Positions 1 to 8,280 of a stretch of 32,000 nt of DNA are shown here, one piece after another (position 1 is the first letter of the stretch; every line of letters starts with the position of its first letter). The position numbers were made by a program, and so were the translations under genes. The notes under the pieces are model-generated. The model was not told the DNA's origin. It searched no databases and was given only the letters and a program-made list of their open reading frames with translations. The stretch lies in the NCBI GenBank assembly GCA_023410645.1, contig JAEYPQ010000029.1, forward strand, positions 5,298-37,297. Reading direction: 5' to 3'. This DNA comes from Bacillota bacterium. Lineage in GTDB: Bacteria > Bacillota > Clostridia > TANB77 > CAG-465.

Positions 1-440
1 TCAACAGTAGGATTAGTAGCAAGTATTACTTCTTTTATACTCTCATCTTTCAATCTTTCTAACAACTCTTTTATTTTTATATCACCTGCTGTAATATTAT
101 TCATTGGAGAGATAGAGCCATGTAAAACATGATAATATCCCTTATATTCGTGTGTTTTTTCCATTGCAACAACGTCTTTTACATTTTCTACAACACATAT
201 AACTGAGTTATCCCTTTTCGGATTTGAACATATATCACATGGATCATTTTCAGTTATATTATAACATTTTGAACAAAATCTTACTTTTTCTTTAGCTTGT
301 ACTAAAATATTAGCCATATTTTCTGCAACTTCAATTGGTGATTCAAGTATATAAAAAGCAAGTCTTACAGCCGTCTTATGACCTATTCCAGGTAATCTTT
401 CAAACTGATTAATTAATTTATTTACTGTATCTGAATACAT
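1..440 (-). CDS. recR: Recombination protein RecR. The N-terminal ~146 codons are present; the 3' end lies beyond the left window edge.
   Basis: Hand translation of the minus strand from the ATG at 440-438 gives MYSDTVNKLINQFERLPGIGHKTAVRLAFYIL...CSKCYNITENDPCDIC...VICVVENVKDVVAMEKT. This shows the RecR helix-hairpin-helix, the C4 zinc finger and the start of the Toprim domain. The gene sits in the conserved dnaX-ybaB-recR order. The frame stays open to position 1. Confidence 0.9.
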   Translation of the reverse strand, partial: MYSDTVNKLINQFERLPGIGHKTAVRLAFYILESPIEVAENMANILVQAKEKVRFCSKCYNITENDPCDICSNPKRDNSVICVVENVKDVVAMEKTHEYKGYYHVLHGSISPMNNITAGDIKIKELLERLKDESIKEVILATNPTV

Positions 441-449
441 ATATCCTAC

Positions 450-797
450 CTAAAATAGCCCTGGAACGTTGAATTGACCTAATTCTGATTGCATCATTGT
501 ATCTGCCTTATTCAAGGCTTCATTAACAGCAGTAAGTATTAAATCTTGTAACATTTCAGTATCCTCTGGATTAACAACTTCTGGTTTAATTATTATTTCT
601 TTTATAACTTTATTACCAGTAGCTCTAACTATAACAGCTCCTCCACCAGCAGAAGTCTCTATATCTTTTTTTGAAACTTCCTCTTGCTTATCTTGCATTT
701 CTTGTTGCATTTTTTGCGCTTGTTTTATTAAGTTTTGCATATTTCCCAAACCGCCTCCGCCACCTGGGAAACCACCAAATTTAGCCATTTTAATCAT
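450..797 (-). CDS. ybaB: YbaB/EbfC family nucleoid-associated protein
   Basis: A 115-aa ORF with a Gly-rich N-terminus, the [16 protein letters not shown] helix and a C-terminal GLF tail typical of YbaB. It lies between dnaX and recR, as in most bacteria. Confidence 0.9.
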   Translation of the reverse strand: MIKMAKFGGFPGGGGGLGNMQNLIKQAQKMQQEMQDKQEEVSKKDIETSAGGGAVIVRATGNKVIKEIIIKPEVVNPEDTEMLQDLILTAVNEALNKADTMMQSELGQFNVPGLF

Positions 798-841
798 CCT
801 TTCTTTTTACTACTAAATTATAATATATATTTATCATTTTT

Positions 842-2389
842 TCAATCTAATTTTGTATAATCCACATTATTTTCTTCAAAAAGCTTTTCTACTTTACTAA
901 TAGTACTTTCATTTTTATCATTTAATTCTACTCTAATATTAGAATTTATGTTATATTTTTCATCTATAACCTGTTTAACTAACGTAATACTTTCTTCAGA
1001 TTTAAGTATATTGTATGCAAAATTATTTGAAGTAATTATTATCAACATTGAACCAGAAATATACATGTCTGCACTAGCAAGAGCAGAATATATTTTTATC
1101 TTTCCTTTTTCAATTATACTATTTTTCAGATCTTCTAAATTATCTATTTTCTTTATATTTTGATTATTAAGTTTTTCACTATTTTTTTCTTCAGTCTTAT
1201 TATTTACGTTACTTCTTTCCTCAGATTTATTTAAAGGCTTCATATCATTACTAGAATTATTTGATTTTAATAGTCTCTCTTCTATGACTGATAATCTTTT
1301 AAGGATTCCATCTAATTGTAAATTATTATTTAATGCCATATTATCATCAATAGATATATTACTACTTACATTACTTGTTAGTTCTATAAAACAAGACTTA
1401 AATACGATTTCAGGTCTTGAAGTGAGTCTTAAATCATTATCTAATTTAGATAATCTATCTATTATTTTTATATATCTTATTTTTTCATCATTACTTAAAT
1501 CTTTTTGTATTAAAGAAGCTAAAAAAGCTTCTGTAATTTGATATGCGAGTTGTCTTAAATCTTTTCCATTTTTTATAACTTTATCCACATTTTCAACAGC
1601 AGATATTGAATCATATGAGACTATATTATCTACAATATCATTTATTATATCAGTATCTATTGCACCTATAATTTCTTCAACCATTTTCTTTGTTAATATA
1701 TCAGATACTTCAGAAATACATCTTTCTACAATACTAAGTGCATCTCTAAGCCCTCCATCTGCAAGTTTTGCAATATATTCTACTGCCTCTTTTTCATATT
1801 TAACATTTTCTGAATTTAAAACAAATTCTACTCTTGTAACTATATCATTCTCTGATATTTTAGAAAAATCAAATCTAAGACATCTCGAAAGAATAGTCAC
1901 AGGAATCTTGTGCTGTTCAGTAGTAGCAAGTATAAATACAACATTAGCAGGAGGCTCTTCAAGTGTTTTAAGCAATGCATTAAATGCACTTGTTGTAAGC
2001 ATATGTGCTTCATCAATAATATATACCCTATATTTTACATCAATAGTTGCATAAACAACTTCTTGTCTTATTTGTCTTATATTTTCAACACTATTATTTG
2101 AAGCAGCATCCATTTCAACAACATCAGTAGTATTACCAGATATTATATTTTTGCATACTTCACATTCATTACACGGTTCACCATCTCTTGGAGATAAACA
2201 GTTAATTGCTCGTGCAAAAACCTTTGCCGCACTTGTTTTTCCAGTTCCTCTGCTACCGCTAAATATATATGCGTGTGATATTTTATTTGATCTTATCTGA
2301 TTCTTAAGTATCTTTGTTATATTTTCTTGTCCAATTATACTTTCAAAATTGTCCGGTCTATATTTCCTATATAATGCCATATATGACAT
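842..2389 (-). CDS. dnaX: DNA polymerase III subunit gamma/tau
   Basis: Walker A is GSRGTGKTS, Walker B/DEAD-like is IIDEAHMLT, the zinc module is CNECEVC and the sensor motif is SRCLRF. A GAGGTGA SD lies 6 nt upstream of the ATG at 2389. An SRP RNA lies directly upstream, as in the Firmicute scr-dnaX arrangement. Confidence 0.93.
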   Translation of the reverse strand: MSYMALYRKYRPDNFESIIGQENITKILKNQIRSNKISHAYIFSGSRGTGKTSAAKVFARAINCLSPRDGEPCNECEVCKNIISGNTTDVVEMDAASNNSVENIRQIRQEVVYATIDVKYRVYIIDEAHMLTTSAFNALLKTLEEPPANVVFILATTEQHKIPVTILSRCLRFDFSKISENDIVTRVEFVLNSENVKYEKEAVEYIAKLADGGLRDALSIVERCISEVSDILTKKMVEEIIGAIDTDIINDIVDNIVSYDSISAVENVDKVIKNGKDLRQLAYQITEAFLASLIQKDLSNDEKIRYIKIIDRLSKLDNDLRLTSRPEIVFKSCFIELTSNVSSNISIDDNMALNNNLQLDGILKRLSVIEERLLKSNNSSNDMKPLNKSEERSNVNNKTEEKNSEKLNNQNIKKIDNLEDLKNSIIEKGKIKIYSALASADMYISGSMLIIITSNNFAYNILKSEESITLVKQVIDEKYNINSNIRVELNDKNESTISKVEKLFEENNVDYTKLD

Positions 2390-2412
2390 ACTTTATCACC
2401 TCATACAAAATT

Positions 2413-2493
2413 ACACCAAACACATAGAGTGGGTTGCTTATTGCTGCTTCCTTCCGGATCTGACAAGGTTCACAATACTCTATTGTCTGGTGT
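2413..2493 (-). ncRNA. ffs: Signal recognition particle RNA, short (4.5S-like) form
   Basis: The minus strand reads ACACCAGACAAUAGAGU...GUCAGAUCCGGAAGGAAGCAGC...ACUCUAUGUGUUUGGUGU. The universal domain IV motif GUCAGnUCCGGAAGGAAGCAGC is at 2443-2464. The terminal helices pair as ACACCAGACA/UGUUUGGUGU and AUAGAGU/ACUCUAU. The ends are approximate. Confidence 0.8.
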
Positions 2494-2499
2494 ATAATA

Positions 2500-2528
2500 A
2501 TTATACACTATTATAGCTTAAATATCAA
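2500..2528 (-). promoter_or_regulatory. Sigma-A type promoter for ffs (and probably dnaX)
   Basis: The minus strand reads TTGATA (2528-2523), a 17-nt spacer, then TATAAT (2505-2500). The predicted TSS is about 7 nt downstream, at the first base of the SRP RNA terminal helix. Confidence 0.5.
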
Positions 2529-2557
2529 GTAAAAATATTACAATTAATAATATTAAA

Positions 2558-3238
2558 TTACTTTATATAAAATTTATAATTACCAGAATCTTTTCTGGTT
2601 ACGCTTATACCATTTGTTATCAGATCTTCTTCTGGAATATTAAAATTAAATTTACAAATATTTATTTTTCCAGTATTATCTACTATATTTAGATTAAACT
2701 TAACTTCTAATTTGATATCACTAATTTTAATATTCATTAGCTTTAACATAGTTCCATCGAAAGTAACAGATTCAGAATCAGATGGTACATTTGCATTTTT
2801 TAGGAAATCAATATTATCAATGTTTAATTTAACTAAATATTGACCATTTTCTTCAATAGGATAAATATTAACTTTATCAGTTTGACTTAGGCTAACTAGT
2901 TCTTTTTCACCTTCTGAAACCTTAATTTCTCCAACATTTGAAGAAGATTTTACTTTTATATTATCTATATAAATATTCTTTGCTTCATTTCCTTTTGCAA
3001 TTAACAACGTTATTTCATTATTTTGTGAAGTATTGAACTTGATATCAGATATACTTTTTGGCGTTTCTTGATTTTCAATTTCAGCTACATTAATAACTGA
3101 TTTAATAACAACATCATTTACTCTAAAGGTACCTTCATTAATCTTCCCTGCTGGATTAAAAACAAACATATAAACTATAACAAGTAGTGCGACTGATAAT
3201 ATTACAATCAGAAAAGGAATAAATCTATTTTTTTTCAT
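2558..3238 (-). CDS. Hypothetical membrane-anchored protein with one N-terminal TM helix and a beta-rich extracytoplasmic domain
   Basis: A 226-aa ORF. The N-terminus MKKNRFIPFLIVILSVALLVIVYMFVF is a signal-anchor. The rest is an alternating hydrophilic/hydrophobic pattern with no motif I recognise. It has a GGAGGA SD and its own promoter. Confidence 0.6.
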   Translation of the reverse strand: MKKNRFIPFLIVILSVALLVIVYMFVFNPAGKINEGTFRVNDVVIKSVINVAEIENQETPKSISDIKFNTSQNNEITLLIAKGNEAKNIYIDNIKVKSSSNVGEIKVSEGEKELVSLSQTDKVNIYPIEENGQYLVKLNIDNIDFLKNANVPSDSESVTFDGTMLKLMNIKISDIKLEVKFNLNIVDNTGKINICKFNFNIPEEDLITNGISVTRKDSGNYKFYIK

Positions 3239-3263
3239 TAATTTCCTCCAATAATATATATTA

Positions 3264-3292
3264 ATTATACTACATCATTCATAAAAATACAA
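3264..3292 (-). promoter_or_regulatory. Sigma-A type promoter for the 226-aa membrane protein gene
   Basis: The minus strand reads TTGTAT (3292-3287), a 17-nt spacer, then TATAAT (3269-3264). Confidence 0.45.
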
Positions 3293-3323
3293 TAAAAAAA
3301 ATATATTTTATATAAGAGGTGAA

Positions 3324-3512
3324 TTGTCTTTGAATAGTCTATTTGGTAATAATTTCAATTTTTTTAATGGTATTGATAATAAATTCTGTGATTTGGACAT
3401 TAATAAGCTTCTAGTTATATTGTTATTACTCACAGGGCAATTAGAAATCGAGGCAATACATGTATACAGAAATAACTTTATTGTGTCTTTAGGTACTTTT
3501 CCAGAACTATAA
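3324..3512 (+). CDS. Possible small hypothetical protein (about 60 aa). The start is uncertain: TTG at 3324 or, more likely, TTG at 3330.
   Basis: An AAGAGGTG SD lies at 3314-3321, with in-frame TTG codons 2 and 8 nt downstream. The ORF ends right at a strong hairpin terminator. I recognise no family, and it may be non-coding. Confidence 0.3.
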   Translation: MSLNSLFGNNFNFFNGIDNKFCDLDINKLLVILLLLTGQLEIEAIHVYRNNFIVSLGTFPEL

Positions 3513-3552
3513 AACAGACTAAACCTTAAAACAATTATGGCTTAGTCTGTTT
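3512..3552. terminator. Bidirectional intrinsic terminator between the small + ORF and the T4CP operon
   Basis: AAACAGACTAAaCC (3512-3525) pairs with GGcTTAGTCTGTTT (3539-3552) with one mismatch. T-runs flank it on both strands. Confidence 0.7.
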
Positions 3553-3560
3553 ATATATTT

Positions 3561-5492
3561 TTAATGATTATCTGTCTCACCAAATAATTCATCGAATTTC
3601 TTTTCTAGTTCTTTTTGCAAATCAAACTCATTTGTATCATTTTTAACATCATTATTTTTTTCTATTATTGGTCCTTCTTCTATGCCTTTTTGCTGTTCTA
3701 ATTTTTCTTTAGCAAGATTCATTCTTTTTTCTATATGAGCTACAACGTCCATAGTTTCAATTTCAACTTCATTTGGCTTCGGCATCTGAGTTATATCTCT
3801 TATTTCTGTTTGCTTTGCAATATCTCTTTGAGGATGGTATTTAAAATACCAAGCTTTCTTAGCTCTTATTGGTCTTAATCCCCTTACAAGTATAATTTCA
3901 TCATCTGAAGGCAGTCTTTTTAACTCATCAATAGTCATTAACTCTCTTCCTTGACGTTGTTCACTAAAAGATACCCCTTGTTTTTTTACTTCATCTTTAT
4001 CTTTACTTACAGATCTACTTTGATATTTTATTGTTTTTTGTCCTAGACTCTTTGAAAAATACTCACAAGTTTTAATTGATTGGCTTCCAAGAAATAAATG
4101 TGTATCACAGTTACCTATTATATTTTCATATGTATCTTTATACAAAGACTCAATTTGATCTAAACTTTGTACAACAATTGACATACTTATTCCTAAACTT
4201 CTCGTAGTACTTAGTTTCTTATGGAAATCTGGTATTTGACCTATATTTGCAAACTCATCCATTAAGAAGTATACTTGATTTCTTAATGTTCCTCCATTTC
4301 TATCAGCCTGTGAATACATTATTTGTATCATTTGACTAAAGAATATAGTAAGAATATAATCATAAGTACTTCTTTCAGCTGGAGTTATTACATATAACGC
4401 TGTCTTTTGATTAGAAATGTCTTCAAAGTCAATATTATTTGTAGTGGTTACCTTTTGCATTGATGGTGTATCAAAATCTGATAGCTTTGATACAAGTGAA
4501 ATAGCAATACTTTGTTTTGTCTTATCAGCACCAACTCTTATTCCTTCATATTCTTTTCTTCCAGGGTGTTCAGGTTTTAATTCATCAATAAATAATCTAT
4601 CAAATATTTTTTCATCTGCTCCACCTTGTCTAACAATGTTTAGGCAGCTAGATAAATTTTGTTCTTCCTCTGGAAGCACAGATATAACATAATATATGCA
4701 AGCTTTTAATAGCATTTTTGCTGTATTATCCCAAAATGGATCTGATGTATTTGTTTCTGCTTTTCCACCCATAACTATAGTATGAGCAATTATATCAACA
4801 TCCGCATGATCTCTTATATGTGCAAGAGGATTATATCTATCACTATAATCAGGATTTACCAAATTTAAAGTCCTTATTTTATATCCATTATTTTTTAAAT
4901 ATTGTGATGTTTCTCTATATAATTCACCTTTTGGATCAGTAATTACATAAGATCCCAATCTTTGCAAAATATTTGGTTTAATGTAACAAGCAGATTTACC
5001 CGTACCAGATCCACCTATTACAAGAATATTCTTATTTATTTTAACTTTTCTTAAATCAGTACCTAAATAATGCTTTCTACTTAATATAAATCCATCTTTT
5101 CTATTTAAAATTTCGCTACCATCTGGTAATTTATCAAATTCTTCACCGTTTTGACTCCAAGAACTTGAACCATGTTCTTCACCTTCATATTCATAGTTTT
5201 TTGTAAATTTTATTTTCCAATATATAAATAAAATAACAAATACAATTAACGTATAAAAAGAAGCTGTAATAAAGCCCATAAAATCTACAAATATTGCTGT
5301 AATAAATTTAAAATTTGTAATATTAGGTACAAAATTTTGCAATACCTGACTTATTTTATCAGTACTTTCATTAACAGTTGAAACATTATTTAAAGACACA
5401 ACCAAAGAGCCTATAATTATTAAATCAAATAATATATAGGCTATTAGAAATGGCATAGCTTCCCTTTTTAATTTGTTAAGCTTAGATTTCAT
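3561..5492 (-). CDS. Type IV coupling protein (VirD4/TraG family conjugative ATPase)
   Basis: A 643-aa ORF with two N-terminal TM helices. Walker A is VIGGSGTGKS. Other T4CP motifs are ITDPKGELY, RYNPL and DPFWDNTAKMLL. Walker B is FLMDEFANIG, followed by SIVVQSLDQIESLY and an acidic C-terminal tail. This is the typical Firmicute T4CP architecture. Confidence 0.85.
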   Translation of the reverse strand: MKSKLNKLKREAMPFLIAYILFDLIIIGSLVVSLNNVSTVNESTDKISQVLQNFVPNITNFKFITAIFVDFMGFITASFYTLIVFVILFIYWKIKFTKNYEYEGEEHGSSSWSQNGEEFDKLPDGSEILNRKDGFILSRKHYLGTDLRKVKINKNILVIGGSGTGKSACYIKPNILQRLGSYVITDPKGELYRETSQYLKNNGYKIRTLNLVNPDYSDRYNPLAHIRDHADVDIIAHTIVMGGKAETNTSDPFWDNTAKMLLKACIYYVISVLPEEEQNLSSCLNIVRQGGADEKIFDRLFIDELKPEHPGRKEYEGIRVGADKTKQSIAISLVSKLSDFDTPSMQKVTTTNNIDFEDISNQKTALYVITPAERSTYDYILTIFFSQMIQIMYSQADRNGGTLRNQVYFLMDEFANIGQIPDFHKKLSTTRSLGISMSIVVQSLDQIESLYKDTYENIIGNCDTHLFLGSQSIKTCEYFSKSLGQKTIKYQSRSVSKDKDEVKKQGVSFSEQRQGRELMTIDELKRLPSDDEIILVRGLRPIRAKKAWYFKYHPQRDIAKQTEIRDITQMPKPNEVEIETMDVVAHIEKRMNLAKEKLEQQKGIEEGPIIEKNNDVKNDTNEFDLQKELEKKFDELFGETDNH

Positions 5493-5519
5493 TATTTTTC
5501 CTCTTTTCTTTTGTAAAAA

Positions 5520-5783
5520 TTAGATTATTGTATCATCATATCCTGGAAAATCTTCCTTACTTTGTTGCTCTTCTGATTTTTTAACATCTTTTTCTTCGTC
5601 TTTTGGTTCTCTAACATCAAACTTATATGTATCTTTAAAATTATCTATTTTCTGTTTGTCTTTTACTATTTTTCTATTAAAATTTAAACTCTTATCTAAT
5701 TTAGATACCAACTCAACTTCTTTACCATCTTTTATTACGATAGCACTAATCTTTACAGCTATCCTTTTACCATCTACATTCAT
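5520..5783 (-). CDS. Hypothetical 87-aa protein with a beta-rich N-terminus and a highly charged Lys/Glu tail
   Basis: The ORF has a GGGAGGA SD upstream and sits 27 nt upstream of the T4CP start, so it is probably co-transcribed. I recognise no motif. Confidence 0.55.
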   Translation of the reverse strand: MNVDGKRIAVKISAIVIKDGKEVELVSKLDKSLNFNRKIVKDKQKIDNFKDTYKFDVREPKDEEKDVKKSEEQQSKEDFPGYDDTII

Positions 5784-5862
5784 TCCTTATATCCTCCCAT
5801 AGTAGCATATATTACTATATCTAAAACTACATCAACTACTAATACTACGTACTTTAATAAGT

Positions 5863-6387
5863 CTACTCTTCATCAAAACTTAATTCTAACACAATATATG
5901 GTCTATTAGGTAAAAGTTTACATTTACCTTTTATCTCACCAGTAATCTCATCTGTATATAATACAGGTCTTACTTCTTCACAATTTTGTGTATCAATTAT
6001 TGAAAAATGTCTTTTCATACTAGGTGTATATTCAACTTCTTTGTATTCGATACCCTCTTGATTATATATTGTTCCATAATTTAATGGAATATTTGATTCT
6101 GTTGCAACAAATCCATTTCCATCAAGTTCACCAGTACTTATTATGGCTTTTGAATTTGTAAGAGTTAATAAAATTATTAACTGCTTTTCATCATCAATCT
6201 TAATAACATTGAAAGTCTTTTTAATTCTTCCATTTTCTTCAGTATCAATACTTTCAATCTTTTGTAAAGTAAGTAATGCTTTACCACTTCTATAATCATC
6301 TTCATTTTTTTCAACAACAAATGCAATAGTATTCATACCAGGCATATCTACCAACTCAAATTTATTCATTTGTAATAAAGGTTCCAT
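5863..6387 (-). CDS. Hypothetical 174-aa soluble protein; first gene of the T4CP operon
   Basis: The ORF has an AAGGAAAGAGG SD and a promoter immediately upstream. It has no TM segment and no motif I recognise. Confidence 0.6.
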   Translation of the reverse strand: MEPLLQMNKFELVDMPGMNTIAFVVEKNEDDYRSGKALLTLQKIESIDTEENGRIKKTFNVIKIDDEKQLIILLTLTNSKAIISTGELDGNGFVATESNIPLNYGTIYNQEGIEYKEVEYTPSMKRHFSIIDTQNCEEVRPVLYTDEITGEIKGKCKLLPNRPYIVLELSFDEE

Positions 6388-6431
6388 ATTTCTACCTCTT
6401 TCCTTATGACCTAACTAGTCTAATTATTTTT

Positions 6432-6460
6432 ATTATACAATAATATATTTTTTTATGCAA
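6432..6460 (-). promoter_or_regulatory. Sigma-A type promoter of the 174aa-87aa-T4CP operon
   Basis: The minus strand reads TTGCAT (6460-6455), a 17-nt spacer, then TATAAT (6437-6432). Confidence 0.5.
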
Positions 6461-6488
6461 TACTTAAAAAATTTATTTAGTTAAATTT

Positions 6489-8255
6489 TTAACTTTCACC
6501 CGTATTAGGTGACTTTACATTAGCTGTTCCGATTCTAACAACTTTTTGTTGTGGATTATATGTATCTCTAGATAACATAGTTGTACTAACAACCGCACCA
6601 TTTAATTTTTTTGTAATATAACCCTCAGAAATATATCCGTTAACACCATTTACATCAACAACTTGTTGATTTGAAGGTAAATTAGAATCATAAATATATT
6701 TTGTGCTATATGGAATAGTAGATATATATTTATGTGTCAATTCTATATCATATTCAGTAGTTTCTTTTGTTCCATATATACTTATATTTAAGCTTCCACT
6801 ATAACTAAATGAAGTTACAATCTTTACAGGATAATTTCTTGTATTTTTAAATTTAAAGTCTAATACTGGTGAGTAAACAGTTGCATCTAAGCTAGGCTGA
6901 ATATACCCAACTGGTAATCCATGTTGGTGTCTTTCTACAATTTGCAGATTAGCCTTTAATACAGCATCATATAATGTGGATGTTGTTTGGCATATACCTC
7001 CACCTAATTCCATTACAACTTTTCCAGCTTTAAAAGTTGCAGCTGAAAGATAACCTTTTGCAGCTGTGGTATCTCCGATAACGGCGTTATATGAGAATGT
7101 CTCTCCTGGCATAACTATTTTGCCATTTAAATATCTAAGTGCAATTTCTAAATTATTCACTCTTGATTTTTGAGTTGTATCAAAGTATGTAGTAACTCCA
7201 GATATTTTATCATTATATAGTTTATATGTTATATCAGATAATTTTACTTTTGGTTCTATCACATTTAATCCAAATTCAATTGTTTTTCCTTCTTCTTTGT
7301 TATCTTCAGAATTTAATACCTCTTTTAGTTTGTTAATATCAAAATCAAATCCAACTTGTTCTGGAACAAATTTATCTGGATCACTACTTTCATCTACATA
7401 TGCATCTTTGGGTTCTCTTTTTACATTGTCATAAACTTTTTGTGGATCTATACTTGCAGGTTGTCTCTGTATAACATCTAATTTATAAATATTTTTTGAA
7501 CTAATAAATGAACTTATAATATTTTCTTTTACATTGTCATAATCAATACTATTACCTGTTACACCATTAATAATGATAAGTCTCTTATTTTCTTCATCTA
7601 CATTATATGTATCATCCACAAATCTATCTTCTACACTTAAATCTATATTTTTTAGTACATCATTTAATTTTTGATCATTGTATGTATATTCTACATCTAT
7701 ATTTTTCTTTCTAAATAAAGCTTTTAAAATTTCAATGTTATCACTTATAATATTTCCTGATCTACCAAAGTCCATTATTTCTTTTGCAGTTTTTGATATG
7801 TCGATTCCAAATTCTATATCTTCAGGTTTTATACTATATATTTTGTCTATATTTTGGTATATATCCAAGCTCTCAACATTTGATAATTGCGTTTTTTTAC
7901 CATTTAAAAAATTAACAACTTCTTCTGAAGTCATTCCAGAAAGATTTTCACCTAATATATAAACATTTTTATATACATTTGAATTTACTTTGTTTATGCA
8001 TATTATTGTCACAAAGCTAAAAATAAATATTAACAGTACAGCAATTATAGACACAATTATTACAGTTTTTATATTTTTTTTCTCTTTATATTCTGTAATT
8101 TGGTTTTGTTCATCTGATTCATATATTACTTTGGCTTTATTTTCAGGGTGGTTATTTATATCATTTTCTTCAGAATTTACATAGTTATTTTCATTTTCAT
8201 CCATTTTTACTGTATTCTCGCTATCTTGATTTTCATTTCCACGTCTTTTAGACAT
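6489..8255 (-). CDS. VanW/YoaR-like cell-wall protein with an N-terminal TM anchor and a C-terminal G5 domain
   Basis: A 588-aa ORF with an acidic cytoplasmic N-terminus and the TM segment VIIVSIIAVLLIFIFSFVTIICI. The VanW-domain signature is GGGICQTTSTLYDAVLKANLQIVERHQHGLPVGY. The G5-like C-terminus is VVDVNGVNGY...YNPQQKVVRIGT. Confidence 0.85.
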   Translation of the reverse strand: MSKRRGNENQDSENTVKMDENENNYVNSEENDINNHPENKAKVIYESDEQNQITEYKEKKNIKTVIIVSIIAVLLIFIFSFVTIICINKVNSNVYKNVYILGENLSGMTSEEVVNFLNGKKTQLSNVESLDIYQNIDKIYSIKPEDIEFGIDISKTAKEIMDFGRSGNIISDNIEILKALFRKKNIDVEYTYNDQKLNDVLKNIDLSVEDRFVDDTYNVDEENKRLIIINGVTGNSIDYDNVKENIISSFISSKNIYKLDVIQRQPASIDPQKVYDNVKREPKDAYVDESSDPDKFVPEQVGFDFDINKLKEVLNSEDNKEEGKTIEFGLNVIEPKVKLSDITYKLYNDKISGVTTYFDTTQKSRVNNLEIALRYLNGKIVMPGETFSYNAVIGDTTAAKGYLSAATFKAGKVVMELGGGICQTTSTLYDAVLKANLQIVERHQHGLPVGYIQPSLDATVYSPVLDFKFKNTRNYPVKIVTSFSYSGSLNISIYGTKETTEYDIELTHKYISTIPYSTKYIYDSNLPSNQQVVDVNGVNGYISEGYITKKLNGAVVSTTMLSRDTYNPQQKVVRIGTANVKSPNTGES

Positions 8256-8280
8256 AAATACCTCCCTTACAAATTAAATA

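Larger units (their letters stand above)
3561..6387 (-). mobile_element. Conjugation-derived module: an orphan T4CP with two accessory ORFs. There is no relaxase or integrase, and the element boundaries are undefined.
   Basis: T4CPs are normally encoded only on conjugative or mobilisable elements. Here the gene sits in a 3-gene transcription unit flanked by core genes. Confidence 0.4.

Noticed and set aside
948-2101. Plus-strand ORFs 948-1163, 1284-1541 and 1910-2101 from the track
   Set aside because: They lie entirely inside the dnaX coding region on the opposite strand. Their translations are low-complexity and Ile/Leu/Phe/Ser-rich, which is typical of antisense shadow ORFs in AT-rich DNA. 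They have no SD.
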